DNA of 64,000 bases, from contig OZ024748.1 in NCBI GenBank assembly GCA_964016885.1, positions 56,916,001 to 56,980,000 of the forward strand. The letters are read 5' to 3'. Below are positions 1 through 15,395 of the stretch, piece by piece. The number at the start of each line of letters is the position of its first letter. The stretch's first letter is position 1. The stretch comes from Eledone cirrhosa. Taxonomy: Eukaryota. The notes below the pieces were generated by a model that worked only from the letters and a program-made list of their open reading frames with translations, did no database searches and had not been told where the DNA came from. The translations under genes and the position numbers were made by a program.

Positions 1-254
1 AGAAATTTAAATTAAGCAACAACAAATACAAATGTATCTGTGTATGGGTGGAATAGTGGAGAGGTGGGTAACATTTCTCTTATGTTAAATCCATTTTCCT
101 AATGTACATTGTTTTTTTTTTATTTTGTTTATGGTGTTAGGTTATTTTTCTTTTTCAAATTAGTATTGCTGATTGGATAAAATACTTTTGGCTGTCGTCT
201 GCTATCATTTTGTCGTGTATTCTATCATTCACAGAGATAAACACATACACACGT

Positions 255-717
<463 letters not shown>

Positions 718-1296
718 ATACTTTATATATATATAACCATTACACCATCATATCCACCCATACATATGTACACAAGCATAAAAACCCTAATAGAACACAC
801 AAAAAAAAAAAAGAATCATTGTATAAGAAACAAACCAAAGCAAATAGATAAATGGTCAAACAGAAAAAAAGAAAGAAACTATCTGTTACTTTATTCTTTC
901 CATTTAACTGCAATTGTTTCCCTTACGTCCATTAGTTTAGACAAATAAGCCATCTTTGATGTTTAAACATCAGATTCCTGTATGTTTTATTGATATACTA
1001 ACATTATAATTACCGCCTTCTGTACTTTCCCTCATTTTCTTTGTTATATTTTTGTCGTATTTGTTGTTGTTTTTTGGTGTGGGGGTTGTTTTTGTTGTTA
1101 GTTGTTTTTCGTTTTCAATTTTCATGCTATGTCATTGCTGTTATCATTACTGTTATTGTTGTAATTCGTTATATGTTTGTTAACTGGTTTTGTTGTTGCC
1201 GTGAGGGAGGATATTGTCGCTTTTGTTGCTGTTTTTGTGTTTTCCTCTCTCACCCTTTCTCTCTCTCTCTCTCTCTATCTCTTTCTCTCTCTCTCC

Positions 1297-1370
<74 letters not shown>

Positions 1371-1515
1371 TTATATACATACACACACATATATACATAC
1401 ATGCACATATATATATACATACATGCATACGTACATACATACATATATATATATATACTTACATACGTACATATATACATACGTACTTTCATACATACAT
1501 ACATACATACATACA

Positions 1516-1547
<32 letters not shown>

Positions 1548-2092
1548 CATATATATCAGCTCTGTTCTTGTTACTGTTTTAGATTAATTTTGGTTTTATA
1601 TTAGCCTTACATTTTCTCCTAGTTTCCTGATCTGATGCGATATTTGGCATTTCCATGGAAGGACTTATTCATGTTGTATATTTTACAGAGAATTTCACTT
1701 TGATTTTTTATTCAATTGTTATTCCTCATGTTATAACTAACTCCTTTCTTTGTTTTATCATTTGTTTGTTTTAGTAGTCGTTCTATCGTCTTGTTTTGTT
1801 TTTTATTTTATTTTATTCTATTTTATTCTATTTTATTTTCATTTTATTTTATTATATTTGGTCTGTGTTCAATTATTTCGTGTTGTTTTGTAGAGTTTGT
1901 TATAGTTGTTGTTGTTGATAGTGTTCTTGTTGTTGTTTTTGTTGTATTACTAGTGCTGCTGTTGTTGTTATTACGTCCACGTTGTTATAGTAATGCATGT
2001 GCATGTTGTTGCCATTATGTATTACATATATACACACAAACACACGAACATACACACACACACACATACATACACACACACGCACACACACG

Positions 2093-2206
<114 letters not shown>

Positions 2207-2294
2207 TGTATGTATGCATATATATATATACATATATGACAATATGTATGTATCTCATTATTGTTATTATTATTATTAATATTGTTATTATTCA

Positions 2295-2357
<63 letters not shown>

Positions 2358-4700
2358 CTAGACATACCATCAACAATTACATTAAAATCACCATCGATGT
2401 ATTAATCACCAACAAAATCACTAACAGCAACAATTTGTGGACAGTTATTAGCTCCATCATCATCACCACTATCATCAATATCATCAATATCAGCAGCAAC
2501 TACAACAACACAACAAACAATACAAACACCACCACAATTACATCGTCACAATCTCCACCACCTTCAAAAGAAACAATACATCTATAAACCAAACCTGTCA
2601 ACCGAAACAACTACAACAACACTAACACCTCCACGACCAGTTATATCACTACCTATAAGACCAACAACAGCAACATCAATACCAATAACTACATCAGCTA
2701 CAGGACTAATGTCAGCACCAACACCACCATTACCACATCCAGCACCACCATATCCAGTACCATGATCATTACCTAAAAGCCGACCGCCGACATTGCCAAA
2801 GACATCAATATCATCATCAACACCAACACCGATACTAATTACCTTCATCACCATCAGCACCGACACCCCAACCACTACCAAGAGACAAGCACCACCCAGG
2901 CACAAGCACCACCAATACAAAACCACCATCAAGACAGAACCACCACCACCAAGTCATCTCCGCTACCAATATCCGTAACACCACCAGCACCAACACCACC
3001 AATAAAGCGGCAAGTACCAGCAACACCACAAGGACCATGACCACCACCTTGACCGCCACTTCCACACCCCATACCCCCACAAAAATTAATACTCCAACCG
3101 CCACCAACACCACTAACACCAACAACTCTAGCAGCACCATGACCACCATCTTCCCCCTCTCCACCACCTCATCCACCTTCGACGCCAGCAATACCGCCAC
3201 AATCGTAATCATCAACTCTGCTACCACCACAACCACAACCGCAGCCACTAATATTACCACCATCATCACCACCAACTTTACCGCCTTCTTAAAAACCACC
3301 ACCACTACCACCAATTCCACTGCCGCCACAACCGCAATCATGAGCACCCTCACCAATGGCCCCACATCCAACAACACCAACATCATCATCATCAACACCA
3401 CCGCAACAACCAGCACGACTTCCAACACGACCACCACGACGAACAACCTCACCAATGCCATCACCCTTAAAAGAACTGTTGTCACATACGGTAAGGATGA
3501 ACAGACGAAAGCACAAGTTGAAAGGACGAAGCAAGGCAGGAGATATAATTTCGATCAGCTATTTATTTTCACATGAAGCGACGATACGAGGTACAAGGCG
3601 TGTGTGAGGGACAAAGCGTGGCAGAGTAAAGGAACGACGATGCGCGGGTTGACTCTGCCAAAAGTCGACTGGCGAAGTGTTTGGAACCACTCTATTTATA
3701 CAGAAATAATCGTTTGATGTTTAGCCGCTGTGTAGGCGTTTATTCTGCTAGCTTCTAAGGGTTGTTTTGTTTCACGGTGAGGTAGCTAGCTAACAGGTAG
3801 ATGGCGCTGTATATTTCAGATGTTATTTCCGGTGTCTGTACATATGCTTGTTCAATTATGCCCAAAATTCGAGGATTTTATTTAAACCTTCTCGCCCACA
3901 TTCAACAGCACTAACATCACCAGAAACAACACCAGCACCACCATCTCGACCACCACCACGAGCATCCTCACCAATGCCCCCAACTTCAAAAACACCAAGA
4001 TCATCAGCAGCACCGCCACAACCACCAGCTTCACCGTCGCCATGCCAGCCACCACGACCACCACGATCACCACGAAAACCACGACATCACCAATGCCGCC
4101 CCACCACAACCTGCAACACTACCAATATCACCAGTAACAACACGACAGCCACCAGCTCGACGACCACCATGACACCACCACGACGAACAACATCACCAAT
4201 GCCGCTCCACCACAACCTGCAACACCACCAACATCACCAGTAACAATACGACAACCACCAGCTCGACCACCACCATTTCACCACCACGACCATCCTGTCG
4301 AACAACATCACTAGTAACAATACGACAACCACCAGCTCGACCACCACCATTTCACCACCACGACCACCCTGTCGAACAACATCACTAGTAACAACACGAC
4401 AAACACCAGCTCAACAGCCGCCATGACAGCCACCACGACCACTACGGCAACCACGACCACCCCGACCAACAACATCACTAGTAACAACACGACAAACACC
4501 AGTTCAACCGCCGCCATGACAGCCACCACGAGCACCTCCACCATGATACACACTTCAAATATCCCCCCCCCCCCCCACACACACACCTCCAACACCACCA
4601 ACATCACCAGTAGCAACACGACAAGCACCACCACAACCACCACCACCACGACACACTCACCACAAATACCACCACCACCATCGCTGCTATTTCTACCATT
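2295..4700. repeat. (TAG)n followed by long cryptic ACC/AAC-rich trinucleotide repeat with 60-120 bp higher-order units
   Basis: (agt)n at 2295-2357; recurrent units such as aacaacatcactagtaacaa(t/c)acgac at ~4301, ~4375, ~4468. Confidence 0.85.
3480..3842 (-). mobile_element. Possible solo LTR inserted in the ACC-rich repeat
   Basis: Complex-sequence island starting TGT (3480) and ending ACA (3842); on the minus strand a TATA-like GTATAAATAG (3692-3701) lies upstream of AATAAA (~3563-3568); no target-site duplication found. Confidence 0.35.
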
Positions 4701-4839
4701 TCTCTGTCGCCATTTTACATAGGACGTTATCACAATTGAGAGATACAAACGACGTCTCAATAAAAACACATGTAAAAATATTTGTCGAGGTGTTGGGTGA
4801 TTTCTTGCTGATTGATCTCTGATAATCGATTATGATGAT

Positions 4840-5507
4840 TAGGAAACTGATGGCACCAATGTTTAGAACTATAATGATGACTACGATGATAATGGTCGTG
4901 ATGATGATGATGATGATGATGATGGTGTTGATGATGGTGTTGTTTGTTGGCGTGATGAAAATGACGTGATGATGAAGATGATGATTATGAAAATGGTGTG
5001 ATGATGATGGTGATGATGATGATGATGATGATGATGGTGGTGACGTTGATCATGATGATGATGGTGGTGATGATGATGTGGCTGATGACGATGATCATGA
5101 TGATGATGATGAAGCTGGTGCTGATGATGGTGATGATGTCGTTGATGATGATGGTGGTGATAATGATGATGATGATGATGATGATTATAACGATGATTAT
5201 GATGATTATGATGGTGATTATGAAGATGAGGATGATGATGATGATGATAGTGATGGTGATGATGATGATGATGGTGATGATTATTATTATGCTGGTGATG
5301 ATGATGATGAAAGGAATATGGTTACGAGTGATATATATTATGGAGCCATTGTAAAATCATTGGTTATTTGCATTTATGTTGGAACAGAGTGGAAGATGGG
5401 GGGGGGGCAGAGTTGGTGAGAGAGAGAGAGAGAGAGAAAAGAGAGAGAGATAGAGAGGGGGAGAGAGAGGTAGACAGCGGCAGAGAGAGAGAGGGCAGAG
5501 AGAGATG

Positions 5508-5560
<53 letters not shown>

Positions 5561-5768
5561 GGGGACAGAGTGAGAATAAAATGATAGGGAGGAAGATAAT
5601 CTGATGTTGGTGATGATGATGAATGGGGTATAGTAGGTAGGGAGAGGGGGGGGGGGGGGGTATATTAGACTTTGTAATGTATGATGACTAGAAGAAGAGA
5701 AACGAAAGGGATGATGTTGGTCTGGAGGATGATAGTGATGGCGACGTTGAAGATGGTGATGATGATGT

Positions 5769-5799
<31 letters not shown>

Positions 5800-6079
5800 C
5801 AAAATCTGGATGATGATGATAATTTTGTTGGTGGTGGTGAAGATGATGATGTTGATGATGGTGATGGTGGTGATCGTATTGACGATGATGATGTTGATGA
5901 TGATGATGATGATGATGATGATGAGCAAAAACTGGATGATGCTGATGATGTTGGTGGTGGTGAAGATGATGATGATGATGGTAGTGGTTGTGGTGGTGGT
6001 GGTGGTGGTGATGGTGGTGGCGGTGGTTCTGGTAATGACGATGATGGCGGTACGTTGTAGCTGGTGCTGGTAATGATGA

Positions 6080-6110
<31 letters not shown>

Positions 6111-6415
6111 AGTGATGGTGGTGGTGGTGGCGGTGCTCTGTAGCTGGTTCTGGTAATGATGGTGATGATGATGATGATGATGATGATGATGGTGATGGTG
6201 GTGGTGTACTGGTGGTTCTGGTAACGATGATGATGATGATGACGATCATCATTAAATATAATCATCATCATCAACATCATCACCACCATCATCATCATCA
6301 TCAGCAGCAGCAGCAGCACCATCATCATCACCGTCATCATCATCATCATCATCAGCAGCAGAAGCAGCACAATCATCATCATCATCATCAGCACCATCAT
6401 CACAAACATTACAAT
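4840..6415. repeat. Degenerate (GAT/GGT)n tract with (GA)n insert, switching to (CAT)n at ~6245
   Basis: Direct trinucleotide periodicity. Confidence 0.9.
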
Positions 6416-6540
6416 CAATAGTAGGATGAAAATGATAGCAAGACATAGAATATAGAAACATTAGTTCCACACGCAGGTGATTCTTGCTCTCATATTTTCT
6501 CTCTCTTTGTTTCCTATGTTTTAATGTTATTAAATGTTAA

Positions 6541-6635
6541 TTGTGTCTACTTTTGACACAAGGCCAGCAATTACCCAGTGCATTACTGGTACTTTATTTT
6601 ATCGATCCCGTAAGGATGAAAGGCAAAGTCAACCT
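6541..6635 (-). mobile_element. 5'-truncated young tRNA-derived SINE (OK-like) with 22-bp TSD
   Basis: Matches the 3' half of full copies (e.g. 53281-53471); tttaatgttattaaatgttaat duplicated at 6520-6541 and 6638-6659. Confidence 0.9.
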
Positions 6636-7052
6636 AATTTAATGTTATTAAATGTTAATGTTCAGATTGTTCTGCTCAAAGATTATATGGAGGCAGTTGA
6701 CATCATAAAAATATCGGACAGATCCTTCTTTACACTGAATATACATTGTCACACAGTCATACATTGATCAAGTAGATCTTCAATACAGACCTAACTATCA
6801 TAGATACTAAAACGTTGAGTAATGTGATCCACGGTGCCCTGTATGTAATAATTGATTCTAAGTGATGGACATGGCTGGAATTATGTTCAGCATTGTTCTC
6901 TTTAATCAGGGCAAACCTGGATTTCGTAAACAATAATATATACGTACGTGTAGAACAATAAGTAAAACAAAATAGGAATTCGATATCAATGATAGTACCA
7001 CAGCTCTCTTACACTAGGGATGGCTTAGTTGTCCTTAAACAACAAAACACCG

Positions 7053-7106
<54 letters not shown>

Positions 7107-7313
7107 TATATGATATATATATATATGCATTTTATATATGCATATATAAGCCATCACAAGTGTAAGAGAGCTAGTGTAAGAGAGCTGTGTATGTATAGTA
7201 TGGAATATGATATGATATATATATACGCATTTATTATATATATATATATATATGCATATATAAAATGCATATATATATTTATATCATATACATTATATAT
7301 ACATTATATATAC

Positions 7314-7413
<100 letters not shown>

Positions 7414-7647
7414 ATATAATAAATGCGTATATATATATCATATCATATTCCATATATTTTCTGCATATTTTCACGCAAAACACAGATGCACACATACACA
7501 TAGACAGACATATGCACACATACACTCACACATGCGAGATCATATTCATTTATACACACACACACGTTCACTGTGTGTATCTGTATATATATTTATCAAT
7601 CTATCTATCTATCTACCTATCTATCTATCTATAAATCTATCTATCTA

Positions 7648-7687
<40 letters not shown>

Positions 7688-7937
7688 TATATGTGTGTGT
7701 GTATGTGTGTGTGTTTGTGTGTATGTATCTATATATAAACATATTACAGTGGAGTTACAAATCTTTTATCCGTTTCAACTATCAAAGGTGCCATATGCAT
7801 TGCTCTAATTCCCAGTCAATGTCCCGGTAACTGTAAAGTTGAAGCCAGATTAATATATGTCGGCCATCTTAAATTATTCCATTCTTCCATTTAATTCTTC
7901 CTGCCTACCATCTTACATACATTCAAACTGTCTTATT

Positions 7938-8088
7938 CTTGTTGTTGTTGTTGTTGTTGTTGTTGATCTTCTTCTTCTTCTTCTTCTTCTTCTTCTTCTT
8001 CTTCTTCTTCTTCTTCTTCTTCTTCTTCTTCTTCTTCTTCTTCTTCTTCTTCTTCTTCTTCTTCTTCTTCTTCTTCTTCTTCTTCTTC
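7938..8088. repeat. (GTT)n + long perfect (CTT)n microsatellite
   Basis: Direct observation. Confidence 0.98.
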
Positions 8089-8448
8089 TCCTTCGATCAT
8101 TTCCTCCTCCACTTCCTCCACCAAGTACTCCTCCTTCTCATATCACTCCCTCCCTCCCTCCTTCTCTGCCGTTTTATTTAGCTTCAGCATCACCATCATC
8201 GTTGTCATCATTCAATACTTGACGATGATGATGGTCATCATCATGAATATTCTCACCAATATTCTCACCAATATTACCACCAATACCATCATATTCATCA
8301 TCATCATCATCATTATCCTTATCATCATCATCACCAACATCATCATCACTATCATCATCATCATCTCTATAACTCATTTGCTCCTCCTCTTCTTTTACCC
8401 AATCTCCAATGTTTCATTTTACTTCCCATTTTTTTTTCTCCTGCTGTA

Positions 8449-8520
<72 letters not shown>

Positions 8521-8548
8521 TGTGTGTATGTATATTTTTTATGTGTAG

Positions 8549-8790
<242 letters not shown>

Positions 8791-8836
8791 ATATACGTAT
8801 ATACATATCTACACATAAAAAATATACATACACACA

Positions 8837-8899
<63 letters not shown>

Positions 8900-11040
8900 G
8901 TATGTATATATTTACATATATATACATTTTCCTTTGCTATTCTATAATTTCCTATTCTATATATTGTGTTGTGCAGCGAATATATTATTACACAGAAGCC
9001 ACGGTTGACAAAACCTGCAAGCATGTGAACATATCCATTATAATCACGCATATATTATATTATATTATATTACACTGTATATATGCATATACATACATAC
9101 ATACATTTATATATATATATATAAATGTATATATAAATATGTATATATGTATATACATATATACGTATCATATTATATTTACGTAGAGACAAAGAACCGA
9201 TAGACATCAATAGATTCCAATGCATGTAGTGATGCGCACAAAACTTATTATGTATGCATGAGTGCATTATATATTCATAAAGATGTCCACGTTGGCTTTT
9301 TAAGTTTGCTTGCATCTAAATGCAGATCTATAAGATATCCGTAATTTTATTTGCTAATTTTGCTTAAGCTTAGCCAATTACACATTTTTTCTTGTTTGCG
9401 TTTATTTCGCTTTGTTATTTTAGCATTTTCTACAGGTATATCCTTTGGTATTCTCACTATTTAATTGCTCTGGGTGTGATGAATGTCAAAGGCATACCGG
9501 GTATAGTGTAGCCGAAAAGATCAAAGCTTACAAACTCAGACCCACAGTTTTCATTTCGATTCCTGCTGCAATATGTTTCACTGCTATACCAAAGCTAACA
9601 CCACTGGAGATTACATAAACTTATTACTGGAGCCATTTTACCTACTTTACTAACGTAACGGGTTTATGGTAAAAACATCTGATCAGAAGGGTAATTGATT
9701 CCGTTCTTCTAACAAAGCTACTAATAATAAATGCCGTACATATTTTCTGACATACAATTCAGACTGAGGACCCGGTTTCGTTTCTGCTGAAGCTAAATTG
9801 CTTTATTCAATTGTGTACAAATCCATTTGTTGACTTCGAATTTCTTCTCTCCAGGATCGTTTAAAAATATACTTGTCATATACGTGTGTATATATAATAT
9901 TCCGACAAACTAACCTGGATGTAAATGAAAGCAAATAAGAACTTTCTCAAAAATCATTTCTGAATTTACTTAAGTGATATCATACCATTCAGTTTCCAAC
10001 TATAACCCTAATATTTATGCACAGACGAATTATAATCTGGGCACATGACCTGCAATTTTAGGGTAAGGAAACAACTCTTATATTTTCCCAAGTCTTATTT
10101 GCCCCCTTCAAAATGGTGAAACGCATTTTGGACTCTGAATATAAAGAGCCGAAACCAAATGCTACAAATTATCAACTTCCACGATTCATCCTTTGAGAAA
10201 TGTTAATTCAGTCTTAAACGTTTTCCTCCCATATAGATGATGCTTTTCGACGCAGCTAAGCAAGTGAAAAATTTGCCACCAGCATGACTATTCTGGTTAT
10301 AAGGTCTTCAATATGTTCAGGAGGTATATGTTGAGTTAGGAAAGGTAGTATTCCAAACTAAGACTATAGAACTGAAATACGAAACATCCTTAATAAGAAT
10401 GATCAAATTGGAGCACAGTCTTGTTTTCAATATAAAATATTTCAAAGAAAAGCTGTTCCACATTTATATGAACAATAATTTTATTTTAATGCAAACTTAA
10501 GCAATAAGAGAAATGAAACCACAAAATAAACAAGTATGGTATATAAAAGTTGCAAGTTAATCAGACTAAGCTGTTTCATGGACCGTTTAGGCTTTAGGTG
10601 CGTAAAATTATCTATAAACATTTCTCTCATTTATTCCATAAATATTTTCCAAAAAACAATTCAAATAGCTTAATATTTAATAGGAATATTGTTAAATTAA
10701 GTTTTACGTGTACATATGTAAAACATAAATATAAAACAGCTTTCTATATCCACTCCTTCTTATTTATGCAATTGTTTCCACGCTATAAAATATCCATTAA
10801 ATAATTTATCTTTCTAAATCGATCGCTTGTTGCGCGAGAGTGTTTTCAGTTAACGATTCTGTTTCTAAAGATTATAAAGTATTGATTGATAATTCTTCTA
10901 ATTTGAGATTTAGTCCGTTTCACACAAATCCTCATAACGTAGGGATTAAACAACCGAGGAATTGATTCATTTTCTTTACTCATTATTGAACCATATTGAA
11001 AACATTATTTTCTCAAAATGAAGGAAACGTGCTCGACATA

Positions 11041-11233
11041 TTCAAGGCTGGGCTGAAACTCTCATAGACTGACTATGAAGATGTGATGCTAAAGCTATGA
11101 AATCTTGTTTGCATTAATTTCAAATCTTCTAATTAATAACTGCATCGTTTCTTTCCGGTGATTGGAGTAAAATCATTTGGTCATTCAATGAGAGTATCTG
11201 GGTCAACCTATGAACTTTTGAATCCAGTCTCGT
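11041..11233. mobile_element. Tc1/mariner-like MITE, copy 1
   Basis: Imperfect TIRs (caaggctgggctgaaact...atgaacttttgaatccagtctcgt); reverse complement aligns along its length with 13458-13633. Confidence 0.6.
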
Positions 11234-11270
11234 TAAGTTTGCTTAAACGTTGGCCATTGATGTAGAACAA

Positions 11271-11455
11271 TAATGATTTCTAGTATAGGCACAAGGCCAG
11301 CAATTTGGGGGAGGGGTAAGTCGATTAAATCGACCCCAGTACATTACTGGTGCTTTATTTTATCGACTCCGTAAGGATGAAAGGCAAAGTTAACCTCGGT
11401 GGTATTTGAACTCAGACAATAAAGGGCCGTAACTCTTTCTGCAAAGCATGGCGTC
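11271..11455 (-). mobile_element. tRNA-derived SINE (OK-like), long subfamily with gtcgattaaatcgac segment
   Basis: Box B (GAGTTCAAATACC on minus), shared body and 3' end ggccttgtgcc...tagaaa. Confidence 0.9.
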
Positions 11456-11523
11456 TCCCCCCCCCCAAAAAAAAATGTCTGTCCTTGTGCCTATATAAGA
11501 AACCATTATGTTACAGGGTAGCT

Positions 11524-11660
11524 GAGCGGTGGATTGGTAGTATCAGTAGAGGGTCGGACGCCATGCTTTGCAGCATAGAGTTACGGGCCTTTATGATCTG
11601 AGTTCAAATACCAGTAATTGCACTGCTATAATTGCTGGCTTTGTGCCAAAAGTAGAAACA
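11524..11660 (+). mobile_element. Internally deleted OK-like SINE with 19-bp TSD
   Basis: Head ggtggattggtagtatcag, box B gagttcaaat joined directly to accagta; attatgttacagggtagct at 11505-11523 and 11661-11679. Confidence 0.9.
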
Positions 11661-11911
11661 ATTATGTTACAGGGTAGCTAATATCTTCCTCTTCTCCAAA
11701 TATAAACTCAAATTTCTCCGAAACAACTGTTTTGTGTGTCTTTATATTCTGTAATACCTAACACCGTTGATCAACCTCGTCTTTGTTTTTGGTGGAGCGA
11801 GGGTGAGGTTATTTATTTTGTTTCGAATTTTTTTTAAAACAACACGAATACTTCTGCACCCCTCCCCCTCTTCCTCCCCTCCTCCTCCTCCTCTTCCTCC
11901 TCCTCCTCCTC

Positions 11912-11952
<41 letters not shown>

Positions 11953-12046
11953 GTCACTACTGCTACTACTACTACTACTACTACTATTAATACTACTACA
12001 GCTGCTACTACTATTACTACTACTACTACTACTGCGGTTGCTGTTG

Positions 12047-12082
<36 letters not shown>

Positions 12083-12769
12083 GTACTACTAGTAGTAGTA
12101 GTAGTAGTAGTAGTCTATCTGTAACACCTGACACCTAACACCTACAGCCGGCTTGGGAGTAGACGGAATGTCAGTTAGCTACTTATTGAGTTAACAGGTC
12201 GGTAGTTAGGGGTGGGGTGAGGTAGAGTAGATTAGAGTAGATGGTCAGGTATGTAAGTATATAAGTAGTTAGGTAAGGTAGGTAAATAGGTAGGTATATG
12301 GGTAGTTTACCTACGTCAAGTTACGTGGAGAGTTAAGTAGGTTTTTGATATATTACCCTACAGACTACTGTCTTTAAATATTCTAAATTATCCATTAGAA
12401 GAACAGAAAATGCAAGTAAGTCAAAAGAAAATAGAAAGCTATGTAAATAAAAATACATAATAAAGGAAACAATACAAAAAAAATTCCCATTATCTTCTCC
12501 GGTGACGAAAAAATACCTAAACGGAACTAAACGAATATGAACGGAAATGATCGGAAGTAAACGAAAAGCTTTTTAGCGTTTACTTATTTTAGCGTTTTCT
12601 TTTTAATGTCCTTATTTATTTTTTTGTTCTTTGTGTGAGAAAGAGTGCATGGGAGTGAGGCTGTCCACCTGGCTGTAAAATATTTAGATGTTGAGCCATC
12701 ACTCAACCTGCTAGAAATAACAGTCAAATAACCTATATATCTATCTATCTATCTATATATATATATATA

Positions 12770-13215
12770 CAATGATATTAAATACAATGATATTAAATAA
12801 ATATTTATAAACCCATATTTATTCTATTATATATATTTCAAGGGTACCAAAAACTTTGGTACGCTTTCATCAGATGAAATACAAAGTGTGTTTTATAAAT
12901 TTTGACCTAGCAAAGGAAACATACCTTATCAGTTGAATTTCCTTGAACTATCCAAGGAAAATTCAACTGATAAGGTATGTTTCCTTGACTATGTCAAAAT
13001 TTATAAAACACACTTTGTATTTCATCTGATGAAAGCGTACCAAAGATTTTGGTACCCTTGAAATACATATAATAGGATAAATATGGGTTTATAAATATAG
13101 TTTCCATTTATTTAATATCATTGAATATTTACTCCAGAAATCGGTCGAGTGCGCTGAATCAGTTATAAACATTTATATTTGTTGAATTTCCAACAAATTA
13201 AATATCCCTTCTACT

Positions 13216-13217
<2 letters not shown>
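12770..13217 (+). mobile_element. Fold-back element family A, copy 1 (PLE-like non-autonomous, HHR-bearing)
   Basis: Inverted arms ~12785-12945 / 12953-13123 around loop aactatc, unpaired tail 13124-13217, (TA)n on both sides; homologous to 19433-19846 and 26234-26534. Confidence 0.85.
13018..13079 (+). ncRNA. Type I hammerhead ribozyme motif (minimal stem III); mirror copy on minus strand at ~12820-12881
   Basis: tatttcat-CTGATGA(13026-13032)-aagcgtaccaaa gat tttggtaccctt-GAAA(13060-13063)-tacata-TA-ataggata. Confidence 0.75.
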
Positions 13218-13247
<30 letters not shown>

Positions 13248-13252
<5 letters not shown>

Positions 13253-13396
13253 AGAGTCAAGACTGCGACAGCTGAACTCCAGCCGTTTCGACAGCTAGAT
13301 CCGAACTGACCCTTTTCCCATTACCCACTATACTACCCTAAGTATCGAGTACTCTGGTGCGTTATGGTACCCCTGCTTCCTTACCACACTTTCTTT

Positions 13397-13397
<1 letters not shown>
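13248..13397 (+). mobile_element. Fold-back element family B, collapsed copy
   Basis: Left arm gacagctgaactccagccgtttcgacagct plus tail ccattacccactatactaccctaagtatcgagtact..., homologous to 37811-38006 and 43155-43428. Confidence 0.75.
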
Positions 13398-13457
<60 letters not shown>

Positions 13458-13461
<4 letters not shown>

Positions 13462-13633
13462 GTCGGCTAAGAAGTTCATTGGCTGATCAAAATACTCTCA
13501 TAAATGAGGTTTATTTTCAACATAGTCCTGGGAATGAAACAATGCAGTTATTAATAAAAAGTATTGAAATATTTCACAGCTCCAGTACTAATCCTTCATA
13601 TACAGCTTATTAATATTTCAGCCGAGCCTCGTA
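13458..13633. mobile_element. Tc1/mariner-like MITE, copy 2
   Basis: TIR-like ends gagggtcggctaagaagtt / aatatttcagccgagcctcgta ending in TA; homologous to 11041-11233 and 41078-41282. Confidence 0.65.
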
Positions 13634-13680
13634 TATATTACACCTTAATGTTCTTCATTATGTGAAAGGGATAATAGAGA

Positions 13681-13820
13681 ACTGTAATCATAGGTCTGCC
13701 TTATTACTTTTGAAGTATAGCTAAACAACAACAACTCCTCTGGAAATACTTCATAACTGTAATACACTGAATCATAGGTCTGCCTTATTACTTTTGAAGT
13801 ATAGCTAAACAACAACAACT
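13681..13820 (+). repeat. ~55-bp direct duplication, probably the 3' end of an old SINE
   Basis: aatcataggtctgccttattacttttgaagtatagctaaacaacaacaact occurs twice with a ~29-nt spacer. Confidence 0.85.
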
Positions 13821-14407
13821 ATATTGTTATCTCTTCTAAACAAGTTAGGCATGTCATAAATGTTATATGTTTTATTTCTAATTTTGAAAAGAGTTTGGAA
13901 CTATTTGGTATCTGAATTTGATATTAACGTATAATATTTGCACAAAAGTGGTTATAATTTACTATATAATCTGTATAATAAATTAGTATATATTCTGCTA
14001 TAAATACATTACATATGAAATCTTTCAGCTATATGCAACAATATAATGTGGAAAAGCGACAAAATACTGATATACAACGATATATTTGTGGTGGTCCATG
14101 AAACGTATTCCCTACGTTCAATGTCGAGAAGTGCATCTAAGATCCAGCTATTAGACAGCATGTTGATGTCTACGTGGTTTTACGAAGTGCTAGAAATAGT
14201 AACCAAATAAGTTGGCAATAGTTTCTTATTTTTTTCTTAAGGAAAAGGACGATTTAGATCATCTACGCATGGAGAAAACCATACTTTTCTCTTAGTTGTA
14301 CATGTGAAAGGCCCACATAAATACAATTTCCACGTGAAGGAGTAATAAAACAATTGCGAATATAGGTATGACGGTGTGAATATATATATACATACATATA
14401 TATATAT

Positions 14408-14546
<139 letters not shown>

Positions 14547-14562
14547 TATATATATATATATG

Positions 14563-15170
14563 GTGGCTGCCAACTCGTTTTCGAGTACGGCCACTACTTT
14601 ATATCCATGTAGGAGAACCCCTACCGATGCGCTGAACGAGTGTGACTTTTTAGTCCAGCCAGCGACTTGAAAACTCTGGTACAAACACTACACTTGTGAC
14701 AATTACTGACACATAGTGCTGGGCCCATGGTACCATGTGACGACAAGTGCAGAGAGATCTCCAGATATAAAGCAATGCCTGTGCCGTGAAGCTTTTATAG
14801 TGAGCAAAGGCACTGCACAAAGCCAGTCCCACTCTCTTAACCAAGATGATATTTACCAAAAAGAAGAACAAGTCAACATCATTGGATACCATCAGGGTTG
14901 CAGGTGTTATATCAGAGTTTTCCTTCTCCTAGAATTCTGCCTTGACAAAGGCTAAGGGGTCATCTCTCCCGGTGATTTTGGATGGCCATTGACTCTTAAG
15001 AGCTCCTTTGCCTTTTGACAGGTTTTGTTTTTAGTCCTGCAGGATGTCCAAAGTCACCCTCCTCACCAAGAAACCTTGGTGGGGTTGCCAGTTTAGTCGC
15101 CAACGACCCGACCATGGGAAAGGTTGTACTGGGATACATGTTACCAGTAGCACCAACTGGTGACCTGACC
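14563..15170. mobile_element. Probable RTE-related non-coding retroelement fragment (5'UTR-like)
   Basis: GC-balanced island between (TA)n tracts containing cagagttttccttctcctag...aaggctaa, recalled as typical of RTE-clade UTRs; no ORF. Confidence 0.45.
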
Positions 15171-15184
15171 GTATATATATATAT

Positions 15185-15282
<98 letters not shown>

Positions 15283-15304
15283 ATATCACTAACAGTTTTA
15301 CAAG

Positions 15305-15395
15305 AGATTTCAACATGAATGGACCTATTATTTTTATCTAAAGACATTTTTTGCAATTCCATCCCGCTCGTCCCCTCAATCTATTTTATTTCTTC
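15305..15395 (+). mobile_element. Family D fragment (homologous to the HHR-bearing copy at 55438)
   Basis: caacatgaatggac..ttatttttatctaaagacatttt..caattcca.cccg..cgtccc.tcaat shared with 55438-55520. Confidence 0.7.

Noticed and set aside
2793-4722. Thr-rich mucin-like ORFs
   Set aside because: Frames shift between segments, stops intervene, the region is interrupted by an insertion and shows no signal peptide or splice structure; explained by cryptic ACC repeats.
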